Positions 11,003 to 25,600 of a DNA stretch of 64,000 nucleotides are shown piece after piece. The notes beneath the pieces are model-generated. The model was not told the DNA's origin. It searched no databases and was given only the letters and a program-made list of their open reading frames with translations. The stretch is from positions 1-64,000 of the forward strand of contig NIVC01002234.1 of the NCBI GenBank assembly GCA_002269645.1, given 5' to 3'. This DNA is from Macrostomum lignano (Eukaryota). The translations under genes and the position numbers were made by a program. How positions within the stretch are numbered: the first letter of the stretch is position 1; every line of letters begins with the position of its first letter.

Positions 11003-13524
11003 TCTATATATACTAAAGTTGACGTGTTGTTTGTCTGTCTGTCTGTGTGTCTGTCTGTCATTTCGACAACTCCTCCTTGAATAGTGCCAACTCAGCGTTG
11101 AAACTTATATGGGAAGATTGGAAATTATCCGAGGTCGGCTATAGGCTATTTTAATTCTGAAATTTTAATTTCTAAGATCCTCAAAAAAGCAGAAAACTTG
11201 AATCTTGACCTTTGATAATCTTAATTGTCCCCTCTTTCTGCTTGGAGCTGAAAAATGCATGAATTTTTAGTGATTGCGCCACAACTTTTCCCTATCTCTG
11301 TAGTGTATTTTCTTTCCAGTGGGGGTGGGAGCGTTCTCAGTGGCTGCGTGTGTACACTTGGACCCTGGCTCACTGGCTGACTTTATAGATAATTGCGCAA
11401 TGATATGGCTACTGATAAGTTTTCCTGCCTTTCAATGGGCAGTCCTGTGTATTTGTTGGACATTGAAATTCAATGCATCAACTTGCAAGCAGGCAGTGAA
11501 CGTACACTCGATACTTCAATGCTATAAATCAGACAGTTTCAAACGCTAACTGTTCCTCGAGTTTTAAACTTTGAGAGGAGAAACTTATATTGCTGGCAAG
11601 ATCTTGCAACGCTGAGTTCGGGGATATAAGTTGTTTGCTTTAAATATGAAAAGAAAAAGCACAGCATTTGAAAAACTATTTCCATACTTTTAACTTTCTG
11701 CAAAGATTGTACTTTAATCTGCAAAGATTGTTGGGGGAGGGTTCAACTTCTCACTGCTGCTGTGTATTGGAGGGTTGATTTAGATTGCGCAATGTTTTTG
11801 TTAACTTTACCTGAGGCTGATACTGACTGACTGTGAAATCGGTTGCGCAATGAATTGATTTAATTAGTTCAATATTTTTATCTGTGCCTTTTAACACGAA
11901 GCTGTGCGTAGTTCTAACCCTAACCCTAACCCTAACCCTAACCAATGAATCCGGAGAGTTGAGTTGTTTGACGGAAAAAATTCGATTGAGTCCAGTTTAG
12001 CGGAGACGATTTCAATGTTTTAATTTTGACGGAGAGGATTTCTGTTTCGTGGAGAGGATTTCGATGGTGTTCAGTTTCACGGAGAGGATTTTGATGATGT
12101 TCAGCCTCACGGAGAGGATTTCTGTTTCGCGGAGATAATTAATGATTGATTTCTGCTTTATGGAGACGATTTTGATGGATTTAAGTTTCAAGGAGAGGAT
12201 TTCGAAGGAGTCCAGTTTCACGGAGAGGATTTCGAAGGAGTCCAGTTTCACGGAGAGGATTTCGAAGGAGTCCAGTTTCACGGAGAGGATTTCGAAGGAG
12301 TCCAGTTTCACGGAGAGGATTTCGAAGGAGTCCAGTTTCACGGAGAGGATTTCGAAGGAGTCCAGTTTCACGGAGAGGATTTCGAAGGAGTCCAGTTTCA
12401 CGGAGAGGATTTCGATGGTTTTCAGTTGTACGGACAGGATTTCTGCTTCGCGGAGAAGATCTTGATAGATTTGGCATCTTCAATCAGTCAGAGAAGAGAG
12501 TAAAGAGAAGAATGAAAAGAGAAGAGAGATGAGATGAGATGGTAGAAAACAGAGTAGAAATGAGACGAGAGATTAGACATGACAGATGGGAGAGAAGAGG
12601 TGAGTAAGGCGGGAACGAAGGAGAGAGAAGAGAAGAGAAGAGAGGAGACGAGAGGAGAGATATGAGATAGCAGAGGGAGACAAGAGAGATGATAGGAGAG
12701 AGAATAGAGATGAGGGATAAGAGCGTACAGAGGTAATAGAAAAGAGGGGAGAGTAGAGGAGAAAGAAGGAGTGAGATAAGGGATGAGAGATGAGAGAGGA
12801 GGGGAGAGAGAAGAGAGGAGAAAGAGGGGAGAAATGAGACAGGAGAGAGTAGAGACGAAAGACCAGGGAGAAAATATAAATAAGGTAGTATAGATGAGAG
12901 GCGAGAGAGAAGAGAGAGAAGCGAGAGGAGAAGAGAGAGAGAGAGGAGAGAGGAAAGAGATGAAAGATCAGAGATAAGAGAGTTAAGAGAAGGAAAGTAG
13001 TGAGGAGAGGAGAGATAAGAGAATGGAGAGGATAGAAAAGAGAGAAGAGAAGAGACAGGGGATAGTGGTAAGGAGGAAAGAAAGATGGGAGACAAGAAAG
13101 TAGAGTGTGAGAGCGTATATGAGATATGAGAAATGAGAAGCAGATAGGAGAGAAAAGAGAAGAGAGAGAGGGTTAAGAGAGACGATAGATAAGTAAGGAG
13201 AGATGACATATGAGAGAGGAGAGAAGAGGGAGAGATAAGAGTGAAGAGAGGAGACAGAAGACAGGAGAAGGTACAGACGAAAGACGAGGGAGAAGAGATA
13301 AATAAGGGAGCAGGGGTAGAGATGAGATGAGAGAGAGGAGAGAGGAGATATGAGAGACTTGAGAGTCTTTGAGCTATGGTCTTTGAAAGATTTTGTAAAG
13401 AATTTGGAGACGATTTGAAAGATAGGGTTAAAGACATGGAATTTCAGTTGATGGATATTTCAGGGAATAGAATTCCAGTGATGGGAGTTCTTCCCCTTTC
13501 TCCTCCGAAGGAGGAGTTCCACTC
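11003..13524 (+). mobile_element. Non-autonomous Helitron-like element, stack unit 1 (2522 bp)
   Basis: A|TCTATATATACTAAAG start, (GTCT)n, (TAACCC)4, 30-bp repeats, purine tract, 3' hairpin CTCCTCC-GAA-GGAGGAG then TTCCACTC. Confidence 0.78.
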
Positions 13525-16500
13525 TCTATATATACTAAAGTTGACGCGTTGTTTGTCTGTCTGTCTGTCTGTCATTTCGACAACTCCTCCTTGAATAGTG
13601 CCAACTCAGCGTTGAAACTTATATGGGAAGATTGGAAATTATCCGAGGTCGGCTATAGGCTATTTTAATTCTGAAATTTTAATTTCTAAGATCCTCAAAA
13701 AAGCAGAAAACGGCGGTCTTGACCTTTGATAATCTTAATTGTCCCCTCTTTCTGCTTGGAGCTGAAAATTTGCATGAATTTCAAGTGATTGCGCCACAAC
13801 TTTTCCCTATCTCTGCAGTGTATTTTCTCTCCAGTGGGGGGATGGGGCGTTCTAAATGGCTGCATGTGTACAATCGGACCCTGGCTCACTGGCTGACTGT
13901 ATAGACAATTGCGCAAAGATTTGTGTTCTAATTTTCAATAGGCAGCCCTGTGATTTTGTTGAACCTTGAAATTCAATGCATAAACTTGCGGGCCTCTTTA
14001 GCAGGCAGTGAACGTACAATCGATATTTCAATGCTTTAAATCAGAAAGTTTCAAACGCAAACTGTTGCTCGAGTTTTTAACTTTGAGAGAAAAAAATTAT
14101 ATTGCTGGAAAGAACTTGCAAAGCTGATTTCAGGGATATAAATTGTTTGCTTTAAATATGAAAACTAAAAGCTCTGCATTGCAAAAACTATTTCCATACT
14201 TTAAACTTTCTGCAAAGATTGTACTCATTTTAGGATTTCAATGGCGTTCGACCGACCCCCAACAGTTAGGAGGTCGGTCGGTGTGTATTTGAGGGTTGAT
14301 TTAGATTGCGCAATCTGTTTGTTAACTTTAACTGAGACTGATACTGACTAACACAGAAATATATTGCACAATCAATTGATTCAATTGGTTCATTTTTTAT
14401 TATCGGCCCTGTGTATTAGTTTGGCAGTGAAATTCAATGAATAAACTTGCGAGCTTCTCTAGCAAGTAGTCGGGAAATTGGTAAATTCAAACGCTAACTG
14501 TTCCTCGAGTTTTAAACTTTCAGAGGAGAAACTTATATTGCTGGAAAGATCTTGCAACGCTGAGTTCGGGGATATAAGTTGTTTGCTTTAAATGTGAAAA
14601 GAAAAAGCCCAGCATTGAAAAAACTATTTCCATGCTTTTAACTTTCTGCAAAAATTGTGCTCAGTTTTGCGAGACGTAATAGATAAAGTTGGGGGGAGGG
14701 TTCAACTTCTCACTGCTGCTGTGTATTGGAGGGTTGATTTAGATTGCGCAATGTTTTTGTTAACTTTAACTGAGACTGATACTGACTGACTGTGAAATCG
14801 GTTGCACCATCAATTTGTTTTATTATCTGTGCCTTTCAATACGCTGCCCTGTGTAATAGCCAGCCTGTGTAATGAATGAATCAACTTGCGAGCCTCTTTG
14901 GCAGGCAGCGAACGTACACTCGATATTTTAATGCTTTAAAACGGAAACTTTCAAACGCTAACTGCTCTTCGAGTTCTAAACTTTAAGAGAAGAGACTTAT
15001 ACTGCTGAAAAGATCTTGCAATGCTGAGTTCGAGGATATAAATTGTTAGCTTTCAATATAAAGACTAAAAGAGCAGCATCAAAAAAACTATTTCCATACT
15101 TTTAGCTTTATGCAAAGATTGTACTCATTTTTTGGTTCAATGCCCCCAACAGATGGGGTTCAATTTCTAACTGCCACAGCGTATTGAAAAGGGGTCGGTC
15201 TCTGTGTACTGGAGGGTTGATTTAAATTGCGCAATCTTTTGGTTAAATTTAACTGAGACTGATACTGACTGTGAAATCGGTTGCGCAATGAATTGATTCA
15301 ATTAGTTCAATATTTTTATCTGTGCCTTTTAACACGAAGCTGTGCGTAGTTCTAACCCTAACCCTAACCCTAACCCTAACCCTAATGAATCTGGCGAGTT
15401 AAGTTGTTTGACGGAAAAAATTCGATTAAGTCAAGTTTAACGGAGACGATTTCAATGTTTAAATTCTGACGGAGAAGATTTCTGTTTCGTGGAGAGGATT
15501 TCGATGATGTTCAGTTTCACGAAAGGATTTCCATGGTGTTCAGTTTCACGGAGAGGATTTCGATCATGTTCAGCTTCACGGAGAGGCTTTCTGTTTCGCG
15601 GAGATAATTTATGATTGATTTCTGTTTTATGGAAACAATTTTGATGGATTTAAGTTTCAAGGAGAGGATTTCGAAGGAGTCCAGTTTCACTGAGAGGATT
15701 TCGATGGTTTTTAGTTGCACAGACAGGATTTTTGCTTCGCGGAGAGGATCTTGATGGATTTGGCATCTTCAATCAGTCAGAGAAGAGAGTAAAGAGAAGA
15801 CTGAAAAGAGAAGAGAGAAGAGATGATAGAAAACAGAGTATAATTGAGTGGAGAGATTAGACATGACAGATTGGAGATGATAGGAGAGAGAATAGATGAG
15901 GGATAAGAGCGTACAGAGGCAATATAAGAGAGGGGAGAGTAGAGGAGAAAGAAAGAGTGAGATGAGGAGATGAGGGATGAGAGAGCAGGGGAGAGAGGAG
16001 ACAGGAGAGAGTACAGACGAAAGACTAAGGAGAAGATATAAATAAGGTAGTAAAGATGAGAGGAGAGAGAGGAGAGAGAAGCGAAAGGAGAAGAGAGTGA
16101 GGAGAGAGGAGAGAGATGAAAGGAGCAAGGAAATGAGAAAAGAGAGAATGGAGAGAATAGAAAAGAGAGAAGAGAAGAGACAGGGGATAGTGAAAAGGAG
16201 GAAGAAAGATGGGAGACAAGAAAGTAGTGTCAGAGCGTATATGAAATATGAGAAATGAGAGCAGAGAGAAGAGAAAAGAGAAGAGAGAGAGAGGGTTAAG
16301 AGAGACGATAGATAAGTGAGTAGAGATGACATATGAGAGAGGAGAGAAGAGGGAGAGATAAGAGTGAAGAGAGGAGACAGAAGACAGGAGAAGGTACAGA
16401 CGAAAGACGAGGGAGAAGAGATAAATAAGGGAGCAGGGGTAGAGATGAGATGAGAGAGAGGAGAGAGGAGATATGAGAGACTTGAGAGTCTTTGAGCTAT

Positions 16501-16648
16501 GGTCTTTGAAAGATTTTGTAAAGAATTTGGAGACGATTTGGAAGATAGGGTTAAAGACATGGAATTTCAGTTGATGGATATTTCAGGGAATAGAATTCCG
16601 GTGATTAGAGTTCTTCCCCTTTCTCCTCCGAAGGAGGAGTTCCACTCG
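13525..16648 (+). mobile_element. Helitron-like stack unit 2 (3124 bp)
   Basis: TC start, three internal ~0.45-0.5-kb modules, (TAACCC)5, hairpin and CTCG end. Confidence 0.78.
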
Positions 16649-19263
16649 TATATACTAAAGTTGACGCGTTGTTTGTCTGTCTGTCTGTCATTTCGACAAC
16701 TCCTCCTTGAATAGTGCCAACTCAGCGTTGAAACTTATATGGGAAGATTGGAAATTATCCGAGGTCGGCTATAGGCTATTTTAATTCTGAAATTTTAATT
16801 TCTAAGATCCTCAAAAAAGCAGAAAACTGCCTTTTTGACCCCCAATAACCTTCTTTTGCTACTCTGCCTGGGGCTGCAGCCAGTTTGTAAAAATAGCCAC
16901 CCCAACCTCCGCCCGCGGGCTGCTGTGTATTGAGGGGTGGTGGGTGCGCGTGTTCTGCGTTCAATGCAAATAAAACCCCCCGCGTGTTGGGGGTTGAGTT
17001 AAATTTAATGGTTTCCCCAGAACGGGGGTAGGGCTTGGGCTGAGTGTACATAGCAGTTGTACAGTGTAAATAGATAGATAGAACTGTGCCGAGATTCAAT
17101 TGGTTTTATTATCGGCCCTGTGTATTTATTAGCTTGGCAATGAAATTCAATGAACAAACTTGCGAGCCTCTCAGTCAAGCAGTCGGGAAATTGGGAAATT
17201 TCAAACGCTAACTGTTCCTCGAGTTTTAAACTTTGAGAGGAGATACTTATATTGCTGGAAAGATCTTGCAACGCTGAGTTCGGGGATATAAGTTGTTTGC
17301 TTTAAATATGAAAAGAAAAAGCACAGCATTTGAAAAACTATTTCCATACTTTTAACTTTCTGCAAAAAATTGTACTCAGTTTTGCGAGACGTAATAGATA
17401 AAGTTGGGGGGAGGGTTCAACTTCTCACTGCTGCTGTGTATTGGAGGGTTGATTTAGATTGACTGACTGACTGTGAAATCAGTTGCGCAATGAATTGATT
17501 CAATTAGTTCAATATCTTTATCAGTGCCTTTTAACACGAAGCTGTGCGTAGTTCTAACCCTAACCCTAACCCTAACCCTAACCCTAACCCTAACCCTAAC
17601 CAATGAATCCGGAGAGTTGAGTTGTTTGACGGAAAAAAATTCGATTGAGTCCAGTTTAGCGGAGACGATTTCAATGTTTTAATTTTGACGAAGAGATTTC
17701 TGTTTTGTGGAGAGGATTTCGATGGTGTTCAGTTTCGTGGAGAGGATTTCGATGGTGTTCAGTTTCGTGGAGAGGATTTCGATGGTGTTCAGTTTCGTGG
17801 AGAGGATTTCCATGGTGTTCAGTTTCGTTGAGAGGATTTCGATGGTGTTCAGTTTCGTGGAGAGGATTTCGATGGTGTTCAGTTTCGTGGAGAGGATTTC
17901 GATGGTGTTCAGTTTCGTGGAGAGGATTTCGATGGTGTTCAGTTTCGTGGAGAGGATTTCGATGATGTTCAGTTTCACGGAGAGGATTTCGATGGTGTTC
18001 AGTTTCGTGGAAAGGATTTCGATGATGTTCAGTTTCACGGAGAGGATTTCGATGATGTTCAGCTTCACGGAGAGGATTTTTGTTTCGCGGATATAATTTA
18101 TGATTGGTTTCTGTTTTATGGAGACGATTTCTGTGATTTTGATGGATTTAAGCTTCAAGGAGAGGATTTTGAAGGAGTCCAGTTTCACGGAGAGGATTTC
18201 GATGGTTTTCAGTTGCACAGACAGGATTTCTGCTTCGCGGAGAGGATCTTGATGGATTTGGCATCTTCAATCAGTCAGAGAAGAGAGTAAAGAGAAGAAT
18301 GAAAAGAGAAGAGAGATGAGATGGTAGAAAAGAGAGTAGAAATGAGTGGAGAGATTAGACATGACAGATGGGAGAGAAGAGGGGAGTAAGGCGGGGACGA
18401 AGGAGAGAGAAGAGAAGAGGAGAGAGGAGATGAGAGGGGAGATATGAGATAGAGGGAGACAAGAGAGATGATAGGAGAGAGAATAGATGAGGGATAAGAG
18501 TGTACAGAGGAAATAGAAGAGAGGGGAAGTAGAGGAGAAAGAAAGAATGAGATGAGGGATGAGAGATGAGACAGGAGGGGAGAGAGGAGAGAGAAAAGAG
18601 GAGAAAAGAGGGGAGAAAGGAGACAGGAGAGAGTAAAGACAAAGACCAGGGAGAATATATAAATAAGGTAGTAGAGATAAGAGGAGATATAGGACATCGA
18701 GAAGCGAGAGGAGAAGAGAGAATGGAGAGGATGGAAAAGAGAGAAGAGAAGAGACAGGGGTTAGTGGAAAGGAGAAAAGAAAGATGGGAGATAAGAAAGT
18801 AGAGAGTGAGAGCGTATAAGATATGAGAAAAGAGAAGAGAGAGAGAGAGGGTTAAGAAGAGACGATAGATAAGTGAGTAGATATGAGATATAAGAGAGGA
18901 GAGAAGAGAAGACAGGAAACAGAAGTGAAGAGGAGAGATATGAGAGAAGAGAGGAGACAAGAGAATGGAGAGGGTACAGACGAAAGACGAGGGAGAAGAG
19001 ATAAATAAGGGAGTAGGGGTAGAGATGAGATGAGAGAGAGGAGAGAGAAGAGAGTCACGATAATAGCGAAGAGAGGAGAGAGGAGATATGAGAGACGTGA
19101 GAGTCTTTAAGCTATGGGCTTTGAAAGGTTTTATGAATAATTTGGAGACGATTTGGAAGATAGGGTTCTAGACATGGAATTTCAGTTGATGGATATTTCA
19201 GGGAATGGAATTCCGGTGATGGGAGTTCTTCCCCTTTCTCCTCCGAAGGAGGAGTTCCACTCG
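16649..19263 (+). mobile_element. Helitron-like stack unit 3 (2615 bp)
   Basis: TATATACTAAAG start, (TAACCC)7, about 12 copies of a 30-bp repeat, hairpin and CTCG end. Confidence 0.76.
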
Positions 19264-21136
19264 CTTAATACTAAAAGTGGTGCGTTGTTTGTTTGTGTGT
19301 TGCAATTTTTCTCCTAGACTACTGGCAAGTCAGCGTTGAAACTTATATGGGAAAACTGCAAATTTTCCGGATTGGGTTTATAGCAATTTTAATCTTTCAT
19401 TTTTACATTTTAAGATCCCTAGAAAAGCAGAAAACTGTTTTTTAAACCCTCAATAACCTTCTTTGGCCACTCTGCCTGGGGCTGCAGCCAGTTTGTAAAA
19501 ATAGCCACCCCAACCTCCGCCCGCGGGCCGCTGTGTATTGAGGGGTGGTGGGTGCGCGTGTTCCGCGTTCAATGCAAATAACCCCCCGCGTGTTGGGGGG
19601 TTCAATTAAATTTAACGATTCCCCCGGAATGGGAGGTGGTTGGGCTTGGGCTGAGTGTACATAGCAGTTGTACAGTGTAAGGAGATAGCTAGGACTGTGT
19701 CGAGATTTAATTGGTTTTATTATCGGCGGCATTCAATAGGCAGCCATGTGTATTTGCTGGGCAGTAAAATTTAATGAATAAACTTGCGAGCCTCTTTAGC
19801 AGGCTGTGAACGTACACTCGATACTTTAATGCTTTAAATCAGGAAATTTCAAGCGCTAACTGTTCCTCGAGTTTTAAACTTTCAGAAGAGAGACTTATAT
19901 TACTGGAAAGATCTTGCAATACTGAGTTCGGGGATATAAGTTGTTTGCTTTAAATGTGAAAACAAAAAGCACAGCATTTAAAAAACGATTTCCATACTTT
20001 TAACTTTCGGCAGTGTACTCATTTTGGAGTTCAATGGGGGTTCGACCAACCCCCCAAAAGTTGGTGGGAGGGGGGGTTCAACTTTTAATTGCCACTGCGT
20101 ATTGGAAGGGGGTCAGTCGCTGTGTATTGGAGGGTTGATTTAGTTTGCGCAATCTTTTTGTTAACTTTTACAGAAGAATGAAAAGAGAAGAGAGATGAGA
20201 TGGTAGAAAAGAGAGTAGAAATGAGTGGAGAGATTAGACATGACAGATGGGAGAGAAGAGGGGAGTAAGGCGGGGACGAAGGAGAGAGAAGAGAAGAGGA
20301 GAGAGGAGATGAGAGGGGAGATATGAGATAGAGGGAGACAAGAGAGATGATAGGAGAGAGAATAGATGAGGGATAAGAGTGTACAGAGGAAATAGAAGAG
20401 AGGGGAAGTAGAGGAGAAAGAAAGAATGAGATGAGGGATGAGAGATGAGACAGGAGGGGAGAGAGAGAGAGAGGAGAAAAGAGGGGAGAAAGGAGACAGG
20501 AGAGAGTAAAGACAAAGACCAGGGAGAATATATAAATAAGGTAGTAGAGATAAGAGGAGATATAGGACATCGAGAAGCGAGAGGAGAAGAGAGAATGGAG
20601 AGGATGGAAAAGAGAGAAGAGAAGAGACAGGGGTTAGTGGAAAGGAGAAAAGAAAGATGGGAGATAAGAAAGTAGAGAGTGAGAGCGTATAAGATATGAG
20701 AAAAGAGAAGAGAGAGAGAGAGGGTTAAGAAGAGACGATAGATAAGTGAGTAGATATGAGATATAAGAGAGGAGAGAAGAGAAGACAGGAAACAGAAGTG
20801 AAGAGGAGAGATATGAGAGAAGAGAGGAGACAAGAGAATGGAGAGGGTACAGACGAAAGACGAGGGAGAAGAGATAAATAAGGGAGTAGGGGTAGAGATG
20901 AGATGAGAGAGAGGAGAGAGAAGAGAGTCACGATAATAGCGAAGAGAGGAGAGAGGAGATATGAGAGACGTGAGAGTCTTTAAGCTATGGGCTTTGAAAG
21001 GTTTTATGAATAATTTGGAGACGATTTGGAAGATAGGGTTCTAGACATGGAATTTCAGTTGATGGATATTTCAGGGAATGGAATTCCGGTGATGGGAGTT
21101 CTTCCCCTTTCTCCTCCGAAGGAGGAGTTCCACTCG
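19264..21136 (+). mobile_element. Helitron-like stack unit 4 (1873 bp, chimeric)
   Basis: 5' ~0.9 kb matches unit 5 and 3' ~0.97 kb matches unit 3; lacks the telomeric and 30-bp blocks. Confidence 0.7.
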
Positions 21137-22643
21137 CTTAATACTAAAAGTGGTGCGTTGTTTGTTTGTGTGTTGCAATTTTTCTCCTAGACTACTGGCA
21201 AGTCAGCGTTGAAACTTATATGGGAAAACTGCAAATTTTCCGGATTGGGTTTATAGCAATTTTAATCTTTCATTTTTACATTTTAAGATCCCTAGAAAAG
21301 CAGAAAACTGTTTTTTAAACCCTCAATAACCTTCTTTGGCCACTCTGCCTGGGGCTGCAGCCAGTTTGTAAAAATAGCCACCCCAACCTCCGCCCGCGGG
21401 CCGCTGTGTATTGAGGGGTGGTGGGTGCGCGTGTTCCGCGTTCAATGCAAATAACCCCCCCGCGTGTTGGGGGGTTCAATTAAATTTAACGATTCCCCCG
21501 GAATGGGAGGTGGTTGGGCTTGGGCTGAGTGTACATAGCAGTTGTACAGTGTAAGGAGATAGCTAGGACTGTGTCGAGATTTAATTGGTTTTATTATCGG
21601 CGGCATTCAATAGGCAGCCATGTGTATTTGCTGGGCAGTAAAATTTAATGAATAAACTTGCGAGCCTCTTTAGCAGGCTGTGAACGTACACTCGATACTT
21701 TAATGCTTTAAATCAGGAAATTTCAAGCGCTAACTGTTCCTCGAGTTTTAAACTTTCAGAAGAGAGACTTATATTACTGGAAAGATCTTGCAATACTGAG
21801 TTCGGGGATATAAGTTGTTTGCTTTAAATGTGAAAACAAAAAGCACAGCATTTAAAAAACGATTTCCATACTTTTAACTTTCGGCAGTGTACTCATTTTG
21901 GAGTTCAATGGGGGTTCGACCAACCCCCCAAAAGTTGGTGGGAGGGGGGGTTCAACTTTTAATTGCCACTGCGTATTGGAAGGGGGTCAGTCGCTGTGTA
22001 TTGGAGGGTTGATTTAGTTTGCGCAATCTTTTTGTTAACTTTTACCGAGACTGATACTGACTGACTGTGAAATCGGTTGCGCATTCAATTAATTCAATTG
22101 GTTCAACACGCTGCTGCGTTGTAGCTCTAACCCTAACCCTAACCCTAACCCTAATAACCACTAAATCCTGAGAGTTGATTCTTTTTTACGGAGAAAATTT
22201 CGATTCAGTCCAGTTTAATGGAGAGAATTTCTGTTTCGCGGAGACGATTTTGATGGATGTCAGTTTCACGGAGAGGATTTCTGTTTCTCGGAGGGGATTT
22301 TGATGAATGTCAGTTTCACGGAGAGGATTTCCATGGAGTCCAGTTTCACGGAGAGGATTTCTGTTTCTCGGAGGGGATTTTGATGAATGTCAGTTTCACG
22401 GAGAGGATTTCCATGGAGTCCAGTTTCACGGAGAGGATTTCTATTTCTCGGAGGGGATTTTGATGAATGTCAGTTTCACGGAGAGGTGTTTGATGGAGTT
22501 CTCTTTTACGGAGAAGATTTCGATGATGTTCAGTTTCGCGGAGAGAAGTTGGATGATGGGATTCAGGGAATGGCATTTCAGGGAATGGAGTACCGGTGAT
22601 GGGAATTCTTCCCCTTTCTCCTCCAGAGGAGGAGTTGGCCTCG
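21137..22643 (+). mobile_element. Helitron-like stack unit 5 (1507 bp)
   Basis: CTTAATACTAAAAG start variant, (TAACCC)4, no purine tract, end CTCCTCC-AGA-GGAGGAG-TTGGCCTCG. Confidence 0.74.
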
Positions 22644-25600
22644 TCTATATATACTAAAGTTGACGTGTTGTTTGTCTGTCTGTCTGTCTGTCATTTCGAC
22701 AACTCCTCCTTGAATAGTGCCAACTCAGCGTTGAAACTTATATGGGAAGATTGGAAATTATCCGAGGTCGGCTATAGGCTATTTTAATTCTGAAATTTTA
22801 ATTTCTAAGATCCTCAAAAAAGCAGAAAACGGCGGTCTTGACCTTTGATAATCTTAATTGTCCCCTCTTTCTGCTTGGAGCTGAAAATTTGCATGAATTT
22901 CAAGTGATTGCGCCACAACTTTTCCCTATCTCTGCAGTGTATTTTCTCTCCAGTGGGGGGATGGGGCGTTCTAAATGGCTGCATGTGTACAATCGGACCC
23001 TGGCTCACTGGCTGACTGTATAGACAATTGCGCAAAGATTTGTGTTCTAATTTTCAATAGGCAGCCCTGTGATTTTGTTGAACCTTGAAATTCAATGCAT
23101 AAACTTGCGGGCCTCTTTAGCAGGCAGTGAACGTACAATCGATATTTCAATGCTTTAAATCAGAAAGTTTCAAACGCAAACTGTTGCTCGAGTTTTTAAC
23201 TTTGAGAGAAAAAATTTATATTGCTGGAAAGAACTTGCAAAGCTGATTTCAGGGATATAAATTGTTTGCTTTAAATATGAAAACTAAAAGCTCTGCATTG
23301 CAAAAACTATTTCCATACTTTAAACTTTCTGCAAAGATTGTACTCATTTTAGGATTTCAATGGCGTTCGACCGACCCCCAACAGTTAGGAGGTCGGTCGG
23401 TGTGTATTTGAGGGTTGATTTAGATTGCGCAATCTGTTTGTTAACTTTAACTGAGACTGATACTGACTAACACAGAAATATATTGCACAATCAATTGATT
23501 CAATTGGTTCATTTTTTATTATCGGCCCTGTGTATTAGTTTGGCAGTGAAATTCAATGAATAAACTTGCGAGCTTCTCTAGCAAGTAGTCGGGAAATTGG
23601 TAAATTCAAACGCTAACTGTTCCTCGAGTTTTAAACTTTCAGAGGAGAAACTTATATTGCTGGAAAGATCTTGCAACGCTGAGTTCGGTGATATAAGTTG
23701 TTTGCTTTAAATATAAAAAGAAAAAGCACAGCATTGAAAAAACTATTTCCATGCTTTTAACTTTCTGCAAAAATTGTGCTCAGTTTTGCGAGACGTAATA
23801 GATAAAGTTGGGGGGAGGGTTCAACTTCTCACTGCTGCTGTGTATTGGAGGGTTGATTTAGATTGCGCAATGTTTTTGTTAACTTTAACTGAGACTGATA
23901 CTGACTGACTGTGAAATCGGTTGCACCATCAATTTGTTTTATTATCTGTGCCTTTCAATACGCTGCCCTGTGTAATAGCCGGCCTGTGTAGTGAATGAAT
24001 CAACTTGCGAGCCTCTTTGGCAGGCAGTGAACGTACACTCGATATTTTAATGCTTTAAAACGGAAACTTTCAAACGCTAACTGCTCTTCGAGTTCTAAAC
24101 TTTAAGAGAAGAGACTTATACTGCTGAAAAGATCTTGCAACGCTGAGTTCGAGGATATAAATTGTTAGCTTTCAATATAAAGACTAAAAGAGCAGCATCA
24201 AAAAAACTATTTCCATACTTTTAGCTTTCTGCAAAGATTGTACTCATTTTTTGGTTCAATGCCCCAACAGATGGGGGTTCAATTTCTAACTGCCACAGCG
24301 TATTGAAAAGGGGTCGGTCTCTGTGTACTGGAGGGTTGATTTAAATTGCGCAATCTTTTGGTTAAATTTAACTGAGACTGATACTGACTGTGAAATCGGT
24401 TGCGCAATGAATTGATTCAATTAGTTCAATATTTTTATCTGTGCCTTTTAACACGAAGCTGTGCGTAGTTCTAACCCTAACCCTAACCCTAACCCTAACC
24501 CTAATGAATCTGGCGAGTTAAGTTGTTTGACGGAAAAAATTCGATTAAGTCAAGTTTAACGGAGACGATTTCAATGTTTAAATTCTGACGGAGAAGATTT
24601 CTGTTTCGTGGAGAGGATTTCGATGATGTTCAGTTTCACGAAAGGATTTCCATGGTGTTCAGTTTCACGGAGAGGATTTCGATCATGTTCAGCTTCACGG
24701 AGAGGCTTTCTGTTTCGCGGAGATAATTTATCATTGATTTCTGTTTTATGGAAACAATTTTGATGGATTTAAGTTTCAAGGAGAGGATTTCGAAGGAGTC
24801 CAGTTTCACTGAGAGGATTTCGATGGTTTTTAGTTGCACAGAAAGGATTTTTGCTTCGCGGAGAGGATCTTGATGGATTTGGCATCTTCAATCAGTCAGA
24901 GAAGAGAGTAAAGAGAAGACTGAAAAGAGAAGAGAGAAGAGATGATAGAAAACAGAGTATAATTGAGTGGAGAGATTAGACATGACAGATTGGAGATGAT
25001 AGGAGAGAGAATAGATGAGGGATAAGAGCGTACAGAGGCAATATAAGAGAGGGGAGAGTAGAGGAGAAAGAAAGAGTGAGATGAGGAGATGAGGGATGAG
25101 AGAGCAGGGGAGAGAGGAGACAGGAGAGAGTACAGACGAAAGACTAAGGAGAAGATATAAATAAGGTAGTAAAGATGAGAGGAGAGAGAGGAGAGAGAAG
25201 CGAAAGGAGAAGAGAGTGAGGAGAGAGGAGAGAGATGAAAGGAGCAAGGAAATGAGAAAAGAGAGAATGGAGAGAATAGAAAAGAGAGAAGAGAAGAGAC
25301 AGGGGATAGTGAAAAGGAGGAAGAAAGATGGGAGACAAGAAAGTAGTGTCAGAGCGTATATGAAATATGAGAAATGAGAGCAGAGAGAAGAGAAAAGAGA
25401 AGAGAGAGAGAGGGTTAAGAGAGACGATAGATAAGTGAGTAGAGATGACATATGAGAGAGGAGAGAAGAGGGAGAGATAAGAGTGAAGAGAGGAGACAGA
25501 CGACAGGAGAAGGTACAGACGAAAGACGAGGGAGAAGAGATAAATAAGGGAGCAGGGGTAGAGATGAGATGAGAGAGAGGAGAGAGGAGATATGAGAGAC

